Counted from the stretch's first letter, positions 27,311 through 38,407 are shown. The stretch: 64,000 nucleotides of DNA from Lachnospiraceae bacterium (GCA_021200475.1 JAJQGP010000003.1:18836-82835); one strand, 5' to 3'. Made by a program: numbers and translations. The notes: generated by a model from the letters alone, not told the origin.

Positions 27311-28174
27311 ATGGCTGCGGAAAGTAAAACCAAGCATTATACGATGCTTTTTCTGAGATATTTTGTCCTGATCGCGGTCGGCTTTATTATGATTTACCCT
27401 CTGCTTTGGATGGTGGGTGCGACCTTTAAGTCGAATGCGGAGATTTTCTCCAGCATCAGCTTTATTCCCAAAAATCCGACTCTGGAAGGTTATAAAGCCG
27501 CGATGAGCAGCTACGGCGGTGATATCAATATCTGGAAGGCAATGATTAATACCTATTCCTATGTAATTCCGAAGGTTGTCTTTACGGTAATCTCTGTTAC
27601 AATTACTGCGTATGGGTTTGGCCGTTTCCAGTTCAAGGGACATAATATTCTGTTTGCGATTTTGATGGCGACGCTGTTTCTGCCGCAGGTAGTATTGAAT
27701 GTCCCGCAGTTTATTATGTTTTCCAAATTTGGCTGGGTAGACTCCAAGCTGTACCTGCCAATCATCGTGCCGACTCTTTTCGCGACAGATACGCTGTTTG
27801 TATTTCAGCTGATCCAGTTTCTGCGCGGTGTGCCGAAGGATCTGGATGAAGCGGCGAAAATTGACGGATGTAATGCGGTACAGACGCTGACTAAGGTCAT
27901 CGTTCCGATGCTTTCTCCGGCGATTACCTCTATCACACTGTTCCAGTTCATGTGGTCTTCGAACGACTTTATGGGTCCGCTGCTTTATGTGAACACACCG
28001 GCGAAATATCCGCTGGCGATTTTCGTAAAGCTGTCGATGGATGCGGATTCCGGATTCCAGTGGAACAGAGTCCTTGCTCTTTCCCTGATCTCGATTATCC
28101 CGTCGCTGGTGGTATTCTTCCTGGCGCAGGATAAGTTCGTGGATGGTATCTCTGCGGGCGGCGTAAAGGGCTGA
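27311..28174 (+). CDS. Carbohydrate ABC permease
   Basis: EAA motif LDEAAKIDGC, WSSNDFMGPL; ATG at 27311 behind GAGG. Confidence 0.92.
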   Translation: MAAESKTKHYTMLFLRYFVLIAVGFIMIYPLLWMVGATFKSNAEIFSSISFIPKNPTLEGYKAAMSSYGGDINIWKAMINTYSYVIPKVVFTVISVTITAYGFGRFQFKGHNILFAILMATLFLPQVVLNVPQFIMFSKFGWVDSKLYLPIIVPTLFATDTLFVFQLIQFLRGVPKDLDEAAKIDGCNAVQTLTKVIVPMLSPAITSITLFQFMWSSNDFMGPLLYVNTPAKYPLAIFVKLSMDADSGFQWNRVLALSLISIIPSLVVFFLAQDKFVDGISAGGVKG

Positions 28175-28192
28175 CTGAAAACGTTTAACAGG

Positions 28193-28223
28193 AAAAAGGG
28201 TGGCAGGTCTGTCGCCCTTTTTT
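28193..28223 (+). terminator. Intrinsic terminator
   Basis: AAAAAGGGTGGCAG-GT-CTGTCGCCCTTTTTT. Confidence 0.7.
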
Positions 28224-28249
28224 ACCATAGAGACTGAGGAAATAATAGA

Positions 28250-29836
28250 ATGAATATTCGGCTTGTCATGAAGACCGCCAGAAGTGTTTCTCTGGAACTG
28301 GATGATGGCGGGATTTATAACACAAAAGAGACCTATCGCATTTTGCAGAATGGTGAGGCAGTAAAAGAGACGGATACGGTGATTACCTCTCTCTATGGCC
28401 TGCTGCCGGACTCGGACTATATGATCTGGGTAGAAAACTTAGAGGGCGAGCGGGTCGGCTCGTTCGCGTTCCGCACAGATCGGGAGTCAGTGACTTTGAA
28501 TGTGAGGAGCTTTGGTGCGAAGGGAGACGGAGAATCCGATGACACGGTCTGCATTCAGGCGGCGATCATGGCCTGCCCGGCAAATGGACGCGTGCTGATT
28601 CCGGTGGGGACTTACCGGATCACGAGTATCTTTTTAAAGAGCGGAGTGCGGATAGAGCTCAGGAAGGATGCCTGCCTGCGCGCGTTTACAGAACGGTCGC
28701 GTTTCGCGATTTTTCCCGGTTCGGTGGAGACGACCGACGGAAAGGAAGAGTACCAGCTTGGAAGCTGGGAGGGCAATCCGCTGCCGATGTTTACCGGTAT
28801 CATCACCGGTGTGGATGTATCGGATGTGGTGATTTACGGCGAAGGCAGTATTGACGGCGCAGCGGGTTATGAGAACTGGTGGAAAAACGAAAAGGTCATG
28901 GAGACGGCCTGGAGGCCGCGGCTTCTGTTTCTGAACCGTTGTGAAAACATTCGCGTACAGGGACTGCTGCTTCACGACAGTCCGTCATGGACGGTGCATC
29001 CGTATTTTAGCGAGGAGCTGCTGTTCTGTGATTTTGCGATTGAGAATCCGCAGGTTTCTCCGAATACGGATGGAATTGACCCGGAATCCTGCCGGGATGT
29101 CACGATCTGCGGCGTCCGCTTTACGCTGGGCGACGACTGCATTGCGGTAAAGTCCGGTAAAATCTATATGGGAAAGAAATATAAAACTCCATCCTCTAAC
29201 ATCCGTATTTATCAGTGCCTGATGGAGAATGGGCATGGCGCTGTCACGGTCGGCAGTGAGATGGCCGGAGGCGTGAACGGGCTGGTGGTGGAAAAGTGCC
29301 GTTTTTACCATACGGACCGCGGTTTGCGCATTAAGACGCGGCGCGGACGCGGAAAGGACGCGGTGCTTGACAACATTATCTTCCGGGACCTTCTGATGGA
29401 TCAGGTGATGAGCCCGTTTACCGCAAATGCTTTTTACTTCTGCGACCCGGACGGGCGGACGGAGTTTGTGCGTTCCCGTGAGAAATACCCGGTGGACGAG
29501 GGAACCCCCTCGATGAAGCGTTTTTATTTTGAAAATATCCGGGCGACCAACTGCCATGTGGCGGCACTCTGGTTTGAGGGTCTGCCGGAGCAGAAGATTG
29601 AACAGATGGAGATGCGCAATATCGAGATTTCCTTCGCAGACGACGCGAAATGCGATGTCCCAATCATGTCAGAAGGAGTGGATGCGTGCAGCAAAAGAGG
29701 TATTTTTGTGAGAAACGTGAAAAAACTCATTCTTGACCACGTGACGATTGAGGGATGCGAAGGGGAGCTGCTTGAATTGCATGATGTGGAGGAAGTGGTA
29801 CAAGAGAGACTTGCGCCGCAGAACGGAATCTGTTAG
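28250..29836 (+). CDS. Polygalacturonase (GH28), cytoplasmic
   Basis: NTDGID, GDDCIAVKSG, GHG and RIK conserved GH28 motifs; no signal peptide. Confidence 0.92.
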   Translation: MNIRLVMKTARSVSLELDDGGIYNTKETYRILQNGEAVKETDTVITSLYGLLPDSDYMIWVENLEGERVGSFAFRTDRESVTLNVRSFGAKGDGESDDTVCIQAAIMACPANGRVLIPVGTYRITSIFLKSGVRIELRKDACLRAFTERSRFAIFPGSVETTDGKEEYQLGSWEGNPLPMFTGIITGVDVSDVVIYGEGSIDGAAGYENWWKNEKVMETAWRPRLLFLNRCENIRVQGLLLHDSPSWTVHPYFSEELLFCDFAIENPQVSPNTDGIDPESCRDVTICGVRFTLGDDCIAVKSGKIYMGKKYKTPSSNIRIYQCLMENGHGAVTVGSEMAGGVNGLVVEKCRFYHTDRGLRIKTRRGRGKDAVLDNIIFRDLLMDQVMSPFTANAFYFCDPDGRTEFVRSREKYPVDEGTPSMKRFYFENIRATNCHVAALWFEGLPEQKIEQMEMRNIEISFADDAKCDVPIMSEGVDACSKRGIFVRNVKKLILDHVTIEGCEGELLELHDVEEVVQERLAPQNGIC

Positions 29837-29889
29837 TATCATAGTACTAAACCATTCAGAACAGCTACTGGAATCAGGAGGGAAATAAA

Positions 29890-30732
29890 ATGCAGATAGG
29901 AATTCGTCTTCATGACGTCAAACAGGCACCGCTGGCTGAGCGCCTTGCGACCGCACATGAGCAGGGCTTTTCCTGCGCACATCTTGCGCTTACAAAGGTG
30001 ATTTCGGAGAATCCGGTAGACGACGGAGCGCTTACGCCCGGCTATGCGATGTATCTGAGAAAGCTTTTTGCAAAGCATGAGCTGGATATTGCGGTGCTCG
30101 GCTGTTACCTGAATCTGGCGAACCCGAACGCGGTGAGTCTGGCTAAAACAGCAAAACGCTATATGACCAATATTCGCTTTGCGTCTCTGCTTGGCGCGGG
30201 AGTAGTTGGCACAGAGACGGGCGCACCAAACGAGGACTATCGGTTTGAGGAAGCCTGCCATACGGACGAAGCGCTGGAGACTTTTATCCGGAATGTGCGC
30301 CCGGTAGTGGAATACGCAGAGAAGATGGGCGTGATTCTGGCAATTGAGCCGGTGTACCGCCATATCGTATGCAATCCGAAGCGCGCGCGGAAAGTGCTTG
30401 ATGCGATCGGATCGCCGAACCTTCAGATTATCTTTGACCCGGTCAATTTGCTGGACATGGATAATTACAGGAATAGCGATGAGATTTTTGCCGAAGCGAT
30501 TGATCTTTTCGGGGAGGACGTCGCGGTGATGCATCTGAAGGATTATCGGATCGAAAATGGTCAGCTGATTTCGACGGCGGCCGGAACCGGGGAGATGGAC
30601 TACTCCAGAATCATCCGTTTTATGAAGGAAAGAAAGCCTTATATTCATGCGACACTGGAGGACACGGTGCCGGAGAATGCCGTGCAGGCGAGAATGCACA
30701 TCCAGAAGCTGTGGGACGCATGCAAAGTGTGA
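29890..30732 (+). CDS. Xylose-isomerase-like TIM-barrel sugar isomerase/epimerase
   Basis: Metal-ligand pattern LAIEP, FDPVN, HLKD, LED. Confidence 0.85.
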   Translation: MQIGIRLHDVKQAPLAERLATAHEQGFSCAHLALTKVISENPVDDGALTPGYAMYLRKLFAKHELDIAVLGCYLNLANPNAVSLAKTAKRYMTNIRFASLLGAGVVGTETGAPNEDYRFEEACHTDEALETFIRNVRPVVEYAEKMGVILAIEPVYRHIVCNPKRARKVLDAIGSPNLQIIFDPVNLLDMDNYRNSDEIFAEAIDLFGEDVAVMHLKDYRIENGQLISTAAGTGEMDYSRIIRFMKERKPYIHATLEDTVPENAVQARMHIQKLWDACKV

Positions 30733-30775
30733 GTGAATTGTGATAATGGAAGCGCGAGTGAGAATGAACCGTGCG

Positions 30776-30837
30776 GTTACAGGTCACACCTGCAGTGGTT
30801 GAAAGAAAGCAGGTTTGGCTATGGTGTGACCTGTAAC
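30776..30837. repeat. Family-B 62 bp element
   Basis: Perfect 15 bp IR GTTACAGGTCACACC/GGTGTGACCTGTAAC. Confidence 0.9.
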
Positions 30838-30908
30838 CCGTGCGGAAGTAGAAGTGCGGGGGAATCAGTCGCGGATGGAAACGCAAGGATGGAAGGATGG
30901 AAAGCATC

Positions 30909-31685
30909 ATGCTGGAAAGAATTTTTGACGTGGATAACCCCGTGTGGCGGGCAATTGATAAGGTGGGTAAGATTTTTTTGCTGAACCTGGTCTGGGTGAT
31001 CTGTTCTCTGCCGGTTTTTACGATGGGAGCCGCGACGACGGCGCTGATGTACAGCAGTATGAAGCTGCAGCAAAATGAGGGTTACTGGTACAAAAATTTT
31101 TTCCATTCCTTTGTACAGAATTTTAAACAGGCGACCGGCATATTTCTGCTTTATCTGGTCGTGGGGATTTTACTGGTGGCGGATTTCATCCTCGGCGGGC
31201 AGCAGGGGGGCGCGTTTGGAATGTTGCTGCAGTGCGGTGCGGGCATTATTGCGATCCCGTATCTTTTGTCACTGCTGTATGTGTTCGGGGTGCAGGCGAA
31301 ATTTGTGAATCCGGTGAAGGCAACGATTCGCTACGCGTTTTTCATGGCACTTCATAATTTGAAGGGAACGCTCCAGATGGTGATTTTGATGGTGCTCTTT
31401 ATCTGGGTCAATACCCTGACACAGCTGGCAAATTACCTGACGATTATATACGGATTTGGGCTGATTGGTTATTGCATGGCAGCGTATCAGAGAAAGGCGT
31501 TTGAGAAATACATCAGGAGCGCAGAAAGCCCGGCGGAGTATGGAGAAGAGAGCAGTGAGTTTGTGATATCCGAGGAAGGCCTGGATGCACTGGCCCGGGA
31601 GCAGGGAAAGCTGGAAGGAGCGCCTGGAAAACCAGTGGGCGCAGCAGATGAATCGCAGAGGGAGAGAATGAAAGCTGAAAAATAA
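30909..31685 (+). CDS. YesL/DUF624-family membrane protein
   Basis: LNLVWVICSLPVFTMGAATTAL, FFHSFVQNFKQAT; sits in a sugar ABC cluster. Confidence 0.85.
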   Translation: MLERIFDVDNPVWRAIDKVGKIFLLNLVWVICSLPVFTMGAATTALMYSSMKLQQNEGYWYKNFFHSFVQNFKQATGIFLLYLVVGILLVADFILGGQQGGAFGMLLQCGAGIIAIPYLLSLLYVFGVQAKFVNPVKATIRYAFFMALHNLKGTLQMVILMVLFIWVNTLTQLANYLTIIYGFGLIGYCMAAYQRKAFEKYIRSAESPAEYGEESSEFVISEEGLDALAREQGKLEGAPGKPVGAADESQRERMKAEK

Positions 31686-31736
31686 AAGGCAGGGGATTCG
31701 CTGACAAAAGAAGAACGAGGGAGGCGATAAGAAAAA

Positions 31737-32879
31737 ATGGACAGGATTGAGAAGTACATAGATGAGCTGCTGGCAAAGAGTACGCCGGATCAGCCCGCGT
31801 GGAACATTGAAAAGATTTTGCAGGGGCTGAAGTCGAACTGGAATTACATCGACGGCTGTATGATTAAGGCAGTTCTGGAGATGTACGCGATCACCGGAAA
31901 TCAGAAATATTTTGCTTTTGCGGATGCGTTTATCGACGCGAAGGTACGCGAGGACGGAACGATTGACGGCTACTCGGTCGAGGAGCTGAACATCGATAAT
32001 GTCAATGCCGGTAAGACACTTTTTGAGCTCTATGATCTGACCGGAAAGGAAAAATACCGCAGGGCGATTGATCTGGTATACAGCCAGATCGGGCAGATGC
32101 CCCGCACGAAGGAAGGCAGCTTCTGGCACAAAAATATTTATCCGAATCAGGTGTGGCTGGACGGACTGTATATGTGCCAGCCGTTTTACATGGAGTACGA
32201 GACCCGATTTGATGAGAAAAAGAAGTACGACGACATTTTTCGCCAGTTCTTTACTGTGCAGGAAAATATGAGAGACCCGAAGACCGGCCTTTATTATCAT
32301 GCGTGGGACTCCTCGCGGCAGATGTTCTGGTGTGACCGGGTGACAGGTCTGAGCCAGAATTTCTGGCTGCGCGCACTGGGCTGGTTTTCCATGGCCCTGC
32401 TGGATACGCTGGATAAGACGGACGCTTCGGCGGCTCCGGAGGCATACGGCCGGATGAAGGAGATGTTCCTCGATCTGATGGACGCGCTCCTGAAGTATCA
32501 GGACGAGAGTGGCATGTGGTACCAGGTTGTCAATTTCGGCGGCATGGAGAAGAACTATCTGGAGACGAGCGGCAGTTCGATTCTGGCGTATGCGCTGTTA
32601 AAAGGCGTGCGACTTGGATTTTTGCCGGAATCGTACCGGGAATATGGCGAGAAAGCCTTTCATGGTGTCTGTGAGAACTATCTGTCGGAGGATGAGCATG
32701 GAAGCCTGCATCTGGGCGGTATCTGCCTGGTAGCGGGACTCGGCGGCAAGGGCAACCGGCCGGGAACGTATGATTATTATATGTCGGAGCCGGTGGTAAA
32801 GGATGACGCGAAGGGTGTGGGGCCGTTTTTGCTGGCCTATACCGAAATGCGCAGAGCCGGGAAGATAGATAAAAGGTAA
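31737..32879 (+). CDS. Unsaturated (rhamno)galacturonyl hydrolase (GH105, YteR/YesR-like)
   Basis: WNYIDG, LDGLYM, YYHAWD, FWLRALGW, ETSGS motifs. Confidence 0.9.
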   Translation: MDRIEKYIDELLAKSTPDQPAWNIEKILQGLKSNWNYIDGCMIKAVLEMYAITGNQKYFAFADAFIDAKVREDGTIDGYSVEELNIDNVNAGKTLFELYDLTGKEKYRRAIDLVYSQIGQMPRTKEGSFWHKNIYPNQVWLDGLYMCQPFYMEYETRFDEKKKYDDIFRQFFTVQENMRDPKTGLYYHAWDSSRQMFWCDRVTGLSQNFWLRALGWFSMALLDTLDKTDASAAPEAYGRMKEMFLDLMDALLKYQDESGMWYQVVNFGGMEKNYLETSGSSILAYALLKGVRLGFLPESYREYGEKAFHGVCENYLSEDEHGSLHLGGICLVAGLGGKGNRPGTYDYYMSEPVVKDDAKGVGPFLLAYTEMRRAGKIDKR

Positions 32880-32930
32880 AAATGGAAAAAGAAAGGAACG
32901 GTTCTGAACGATTGCAAAGGAGGGAGAGGC

Positions 32931-34019
32931 ATGGAACACAAAAATCCGCTGCTTGAGGAGCGGGACACGGCGGAGAAATTTATCACCATCGGTGAGATTA
33001 TGCTGCGTCTGACGCCGCCGAATTACGAGAAAATCCGCGTGGCGACATCGTTTGAGGCCAGCTACGGAGGCAGTGAGGCGAACATTGCGCTGGCGCTCGC
33101 AAATCTGGGGATTGACAGCACATTCTTTTCGGTTGTGCCGAACAACAGTCTGGGAAAGAGCGCAATCCGTATGCTTCGGAGCAATGATGTACACTGTACT
33201 CCGGTGATCTTAAGCAGTCCGGAGCAGACGCCGACGCACCGGCTGGGGTCATACTATCTGGAGACCGGTTATGGGATCCGCGCAAGCAAGGCGACCTATG
33301 ACCGGAAGCACAGCGCCATCTCGGAATTTGATTTCAGCGAGATTGACCTGGATGCGCTGTTTAAGGGCTTTACCTGGCTGCATCTGAGCGGCATTACGCC
33401 GGCTCTGGGACAAAACTGCCGCGACCTGATCCTGCGCAGTCTGAAGACAGCGAAGGAGAAGGGAATGACTGTCAGCTTTGACGGAAATTTCCGCAGTAAG
33501 CTCTGGGCCTGGGAGGAGGCACGGGATTTCTGTACACTGTGTCTTCCCTACGTGGACGTTCTGCTCGGGATTGAACCCTATCATCTCTGGAAGGATGAGA
33601 ATGACCACAGCAAGGGCGATGTGAAGGACGATATCCCGTTCCGTCCGGCTTATGAGGAGCAGGACGAAGTCTTTCAGGTCTTTGTGGAGCGCTATCCGAA
33701 CCTCAAGTGCATCGCACGCCACGTCCGCTACGCGCACAGCGGCAGCGAGAACAGCCTCAAGGCTTTTATGTGGTATGAGGGGCATACCTTTGAGAGTAAA
33801 ATGTTTACCTTCAACATCCTCGACCGCGTGGGTGGCGGCGATGCTTTTGCGAGCGGCCTGATCTACGCGATGATGCACAAATACCGTCCGATGGATATGA
33901 TCAATTTTGCAGTGGCGAGCAGTGCGATTAAGCACACGATTCGCGGCGATGCGAACATCACGGACGATGTGTCCACCATCCGCAACCTGATGAATATGAA
34001 TTACGATATCAAGAGGTGA
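32931..34019 (+). CDS. kdgK: 2-keto-3-deoxygluconate kinase (PfkB family)
   Basis: GEIMLRL, GGSEANIA, DGNFR, DRVGGGDAF; uronate gene context. Confidence 0.85.
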   Translation: MEHKNPLLEERDTAEKFITIGEIMLRLTPPNYEKIRVATSFEASYGGSEANIALALANLGIDSTFFSVVPNNSLGKSAIRMLRSNDVHCTPVILSSPEQTPTHRLGSYYLETGYGIRASKATYDRKHSAISEFDFSEIDLDALFKGFTWLHLSGITPALGQNCRDLILRSLKTAKEKGMTVSFDGNFRSKLWAWEEARDFCTLCLPYVDVLLGIEPYHLWKDENDHSKGDVKDDIPFRPAYEEQDEVFQVFVERYPNLKCIARHVRYAHSGSENSLKAFMWYEGHTFESKMFTFNILDRVGGGDAFASGLIYAMMHKYRPMDMINFAVASSAIKHTIRGDANITDDVSTIRNLMNMNYDIKR

Positions 34020-34028
34020 CGTGCGCGG

Positions 34029-35252
34029 ATGGACACGAATTATAATCTGAAACAGAGGAATGCCGGGTATGCTGCTTTTTTTCTCAGTGGAATCTGTGCG
34101 ATCAGCAGCAGCATTGTGGTCAGCCGCCTGCAGGGGAGCTATGGGTTTGCCTATGGGATGACCGGTACGCTTTTATCGCTGATGAGCATCGGAAATCTGA
34201 TCTCAGGGTTTCTGACCGGGTTTTTGCCGACGAAAATCGGCACCCGGCTGACGGTGGCGCTTCTGACCACAGGATACGCGATCGGTTATTTTGCCATGGG
34301 GCTGACCGGGTGGATGGGGATTCTGATGCTGGCGTTTGTACTGGCAGGGCTGGCAAAGGGCTGTACGCTTAACACGTGCACGATTCTTGTGGGCAACAAT
34401 TCCCCTGACCGTACCAGAGGCATGAATGTCATGCACGCCTGCTACGCGCTCGGTGCGCTGCTCTGCCCGTTTTTCATTTCGGCGGCGGCGAGGGCGGGCA
34501 GTTTTGTTCCCCTGTTTGTACTGGCCGCGTTTGGCCTGGTATTGTGGCTGGTTTTCCTCTGTACGCCGCTGGAGATGCGAACAGCTGCGAACGAAAACGG
34601 AACGGCTGCGAAAAGCGGCGAAACCGTCGTGTGTGAAAATGGAAAAACGGCGAAAGCGCAGGGCAGAGCGCTGACGGGGAAAAAGACGGACTGGAGCTTT
34701 CTGAAAAGTAAGAAATTCTGGCTGCTGACGGGACTGATCTTCTGTCAGAATGCGGCGGAATACAGCGTCAATGGCTGGATGGTGACGTATTTTAAAAACA
34801 GCGGGATTATTTCCGGAAATTTCAGCACCTATACGGTTACGGTGATGTGGGGCGCAACCCTGCTGGGGAGATTGCTGATCGCGTTTGTCTTCCCAATCAA
34901 AAATGCCTGCCGGGCGATGATCCGCATGAGCCTGGGCTGCATTGTATTTTATCTGGGACTGATGCTGGTCGGCAGTCAGATTCCGGCTGTCCTGCTGCTG
35001 TTTGCGTTTGCGTTTTCCATGGCGGGCATGAATCCGACCGCGGTCGCCAGCGCAGGGCGTATGACAAGCGCCGCGAGTATGGGAATCATGCTTCCGGTCG
35101 CGGGCATCGGAGCGATTGTGATGCCGTGGATTGCGGGCGTGATTTCAGAGCACGCGGGACTCGGCGTAGGGATGACTTCCAATATTGTGCCGTGTGTGGG
35201 ATTGTTTGTGTTCGCGGTTCTGGTGGCACGGGTGCGTGAGGAGGGAAATTAG
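34029..35252 (+). CDS. MFS transporter
   Basis: About 12 TM helices in 6+6 arrangement, NVMHACYALG motif. Confidence 0.88.
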   Translation: MDTNYNLKQRNAGYAAFFLSGICAISSSIVVSRLQGSYGFAYGMTGTLLSLMSIGNLISGFLTGFLPTKIGTRLTVALLTTGYAIGYFAMGLTGWMGILMLAFVLAGLAKGCTLNTCTILVGNNSPDRTRGMNVMHACYALGALLCPFFISAAARAGSFVPLFVLAAFGLVLWLVFLCTPLEMRTAANENGTAAKSGETVVCENGKTAKAQGRALTGKKTDWSFLKSKKFWLLTGLIFCQNAAEYSVNGWMVTYFKNSGIISGNFSTYTVTVMWGATLLGRLLIAFVFPIKNACRAMIRMSLGCIVFYLGLMLVGSQIPAVLLLFAFAFSMAGMNPTAVASAGRMTSAASMGIMLPVAGIGAIVMPWIAGVISEHAGLGVGMTSNIVPCVGLFVFAVLVARVREEGN

Positions 35253-35354
35253 CGGATGCGGCAGTAATCAATCATAAAAACGGCGGTGGACCTGTCACAC
35301 AGGAACCATCCGTTTTGTATAAAAAGTAAATAATTTCATATGGAGGGATGAAAA

Positions 35355-36854
35355 ATGGAGAAGTTAAATTATGCAGTGCTGAAGGAAACCGGCTACAAGG
35401 GTTACATTCTGGAAAAGGCACCGGAGAAGGTGATGCAGTTTGGGGAAGGTAATTTCCTGCGCGCATTTGTGGATTACTGGTTTGACCTGGCGAATGAAAA
35501 AGCCGGCTGGAATGGCAAGTGTGTCCTGGTGCAGCCGATCGGCGGCGGTCTCGCGAAGATGATCAATGAACAGGAAGGACTTTATACGCTGCATCTGCGC
35601 GGCAGCCAGAATGGGGAAAAGGTAGACGACGCACGTGTGATCTCCAGCGTCAGCCGCTGCCTGAATCCGTATGAAAAAGAAGATTATGATAAGATGATGG
35701 CGGTAGCCGAAAGCGACGACCTGGAGATCATCGTTTCAAATACGACGGAGGCTGGTATCGTTTATGATCCGGCATGTCAGGAAGAGGATTGCCCGCCTTC
35801 CAGCTTTCCGGCGAAGCTGACCCAGGTGCTGCTGCGCCGTTATCATGCCGGGAAGCCGGGGATTATTATGCTGGCGTGCGAGCTGATTGATAACAATGGG
35901 AAGGAGCTTCTGAAATGTGTCAATCAGTACATTGACCAGTGGGGACTGGAGGATGGATTCCGGAAATATGTCAATGAGGACTGTACGTTCTGCGGTTCTC
36001 TGGTAGATCGTATTGTGCCTGGCCGTATCCGTGACCCGAAAGAAGTGGCGGCGCTCGAGGAGTTTCATGGCTACGCTGATCCGCTTCTTGACGTAGGTGA
36101 GGTCTTTGGTCTCTGGGTGATTGAGGGGGATGAATCGCTGAATGATGTTCTTCCGTTTGCAAAAGCGGGACTGAAGGAACGGGTATTTGTTACGCCGGAT
36201 ATGAGCCCGTATAAAAAGCGCAAGGTTCGTATCCTCAATGGCGCGCACACCGGCTTTGTGCTGGGCGCATACCTGTCTGGCGAGAACATTGTGCGCGACT
36301 GTATGTATGACGAGACCATCAAAGGTTTCATGAATAAAATGCTCTACGATGAGGTGATTCCGACGCTTCCGCTGGATAAGGATGACCTGCTGGCGTTCGC
36401 CTCTGCGGTACAGGATCGTTTCAACAATCCGTTCGTGGACCACGAGCTGATGAGCATTTCCCTGAACTCGACCTCCAAGTGGAAGGCCCGCAATATGCCG
36501 TCCTTCCTTGAGTACATCGAGCTGAAAGGGGAGCTGCCGATCTGCCTGACCACTTCGCTGGCGGCGTACATCGCGTTCTACAGCAATGACATCCAGGAGC
36601 TGACGGACAAAGGCCTTGTGTGCAGACGGCCGGCAGGAAATGAATACGTGATCAGCGACGACCGCTGGGCGCTGGAATTCTACTATGAGCACAGAGCGGA
36701 CAGTGCAGAGGAGCTGGTGCACGCGGTTCTGACCAATGAGAAGATGTGGGGGCAGGATCTGGCGCAGATCGCCGGACTGGAAGCAAAGGTGGTTGAAATC
36801 TTAAAGAAAATCCGCACGGAAGGAGCAAAGGCGGCATATGCGGCCTGCCTGTAA
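35355..36854 (+). CDS. uxaB: Tagaturonate reductase (altronate oxidoreductase)
   Basis: QFGEGNFLRAF, SNTTEAGI, LVDRIVPG, KVRILNGAHT. Confidence 0.95.
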   Translation: MEKLNYAVLKETGYKGYILEKAPEKVMQFGEGNFLRAFVDYWFDLANEKAGWNGKCVLVQPIGGGLAKMINEQEGLYTLHLRGSQNGEKVDDARVISSVSRCLNPYEKEDYDKMMAVAESDDLEIIVSNTTEAGIVYDPACQEEDCPPSSFPAKLTQVLLRRYHAGKPGIIMLACELIDNNGKELLKCVNQYIDQWGLEDGFRKYVNEDCTFCGSLVDRIVPGRIRDPKEVAALEEFHGYADPLLDVGEVFGLWVIEGDESLNDVLPFAKAGLKERVFVTPDMSPYKKRKVRILNGAHTGFVLGAYLSGENIVRDCMYDETIKGFMNKMLYDEVIPTLPLDKDDLLAFASAVQDRFNNPFVDHELMSISLNSTSKWKARNMPSFLEYIELKGELPICLTTSLAAYIAFYSNDIQELTDKGLVCRRPAGNEYVISDDRWALEFYYEHRADSAEELVHAVLTNEKMWGQDLAQIAGLEAKVVEILKKIRTEGAKAAYAACL

Positions 36855-36919
36855 TACAAGGATTTTGAAGCGAAGCATGAAGAAATCCGTCGTATTACAT
36901 AAATTAAGGGAGAAGCACC

Positions 36920-38407
36920 ATGAATTCAATAAAAACCATACAGATCGCCCCAGATGACAACGTTGCAGTGGCGCTCCATCCGATCGCGAAGGGCGAGCAG
37001 CTGGAGATGGGAGGCCAGACGCTGGCAGCTCTGGAGGACATTCCGCAGGGGCATAAGATCGCCATTCGTGCGATCAAAGAAGGAGAGAACGTCATAAAAT
37101 ACGGGTTTCCGATCGGCCACGCGACGAGTGACGCGGCGGCGGGGACCTGGATGCATACGCATAATGTAAAGACCAACCTCTCCGGGGAAGTCGCGTATAC
37201 ATACCAGCCGGCACTGGATTATCCGGAGCCGGTCGAGCCGGAGCTGTTTTCCGGCTTTCGCAGAAAGGACGGGCGTGCAGCGATCCGCAACGAGATCTGG
37301 ATTATTCCGACTGTGGGCTGTGTCAATGATATCGCAAAGAATCTGGTAAGGGAAAACCAGGATCTGGTAACGGGAACCATCGACGGACTGTATGCCTTCA
37401 CGCATCCGTTCGGCTGCAGCCAGACCGGCGCAGATCACGCGCAGACCAGAAAGCTTCTGGCGGCGCTGGCGCGGCACCCGAACGCGGCGGCGGTGCTGGT
37501 GCTGAGCCTGGGCTGTGAGAATCTGACGCACGAGCAGTTTCTGGAGGAGCTGGGAGAATACGATGCCGATCGCGTAAAATTTCTGACCTGTCAGGAGGTA
37601 GAGGATGAATACGAAGCAGGCCGTGCGCTTCTTACGCAGTGCGCCCAATACGCCGCACAGTTTGTGAGAGAGCCGATTCCGGTGAGCGAGCTGGTGGTCG
37701 GCATGAAATGCGGCGGTTCCGATGGTCTGTCCGGCATTACCGCGAACCCGGCGGTCGGCCGTTTCAGTGATATGATGATTGCCCGCGGCGGTTCCACGGT
37801 ATTGACAGAAGTACCGGAGATGTTCGGCGCGGAGGGCTTCCTTATGAACCGCTGCGCGGATGAGAAGATCTTTGAAAAAGCGGTAGATATGATCAACGGC
37901 TTCAAAAACTATTTCCTCAGCCACAACGAGGTGGTTTACGAAAATCCAAGCCCAGGCAATAAAAAGGGCGGCATTACGACCCTCGAAGACAAATCCTGCG
38001 GCTGTGTGCAAAAGGGCGGCACCGCTCCGATCATGGATGTGATCGGGTACGGCGATCCGGTGGTAACAAAAGGACTGAACATGCTTTACGGCCCGGGCAA
38101 TGATCTGGTCTCCGCGACTGCAATGACTGCGGCAGGGGCACACATGATCCTCTTTACAACCGGCCGCGGCACTCCATTTGGGGCACCGGCACCGACCGTA
38201 AAGATCGCGACGAACAGCCAGCTGGCCGCGAAGAAAAAAGGCTGGATTGACTTTGATGCGGGTACCATTGCGGACGGAGAGCCGATCGACGCCGCGGCAG
38301 AGCGGCTTTTAAAGCTCGTGATTGAGATCGCCAGCGGCCGGCAGACTCTGACCGAGCAGCATGGCTGCCGGGAAATCTCCATTTTTAAGGATGGCGTGGT
38401 ACTGTAA
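36920..38407 (+). CDS. uxaA: Altronate dehydratase
   Basis: N-terminal SAF domain, PTVGC, HPFGCSQ, GMKCGGSDG, NPSPGNKKGG, FTTGRGTP. Confidence 0.93.
   Translation: MNSIKTIQIAPDDNVAVALHPIAKGEQLEMGGQTLAALEDIPQGHKIAIRAIKEGENVIKYGFPIGHATSDAAAGTWMHTHNVKTNLSGEVAYTYQPALDYPEPVEPELFSGFRRKDGRAAIRNEIWIIPTVGCVNDIAKNLVRENQDLVTGTIDGLYAFTHPFGCSQTGADHAQTRKLLAALARHPNAAAVLVLSLGCENLTHEQFLEELGEYDADRVKFLTCQEVEDEYEAGRALLTQCAQYAAQFVREPIPVSELVVGMKCGGSDGLSGITANPAVGRFSDMMIARGGSTVLTEVPEMFGAEGFLMNRCADEKIFEKAVDMINGFKNYFLSHNEVVYENPSPGNKKGGITTLEDKSCGCVQKGGTAPIMDVIGYGDPVVTKGLNMLYGPGNDLVSATAMTAAGAHMILFTTGRGTPFGAPAPTVKIATNSQLAAKKKGWIDFDAGTIADGEPIDAAAERLLKLVIEIASGRQTLTEQHGCREISIFKDGVVL

Noticed and set aside
28176-28192. CcpA/cre-like site TGAAAACGTTTAAC
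   Set aside because: It lacks the terminal CA of the consensus and a single weak match is not informative.
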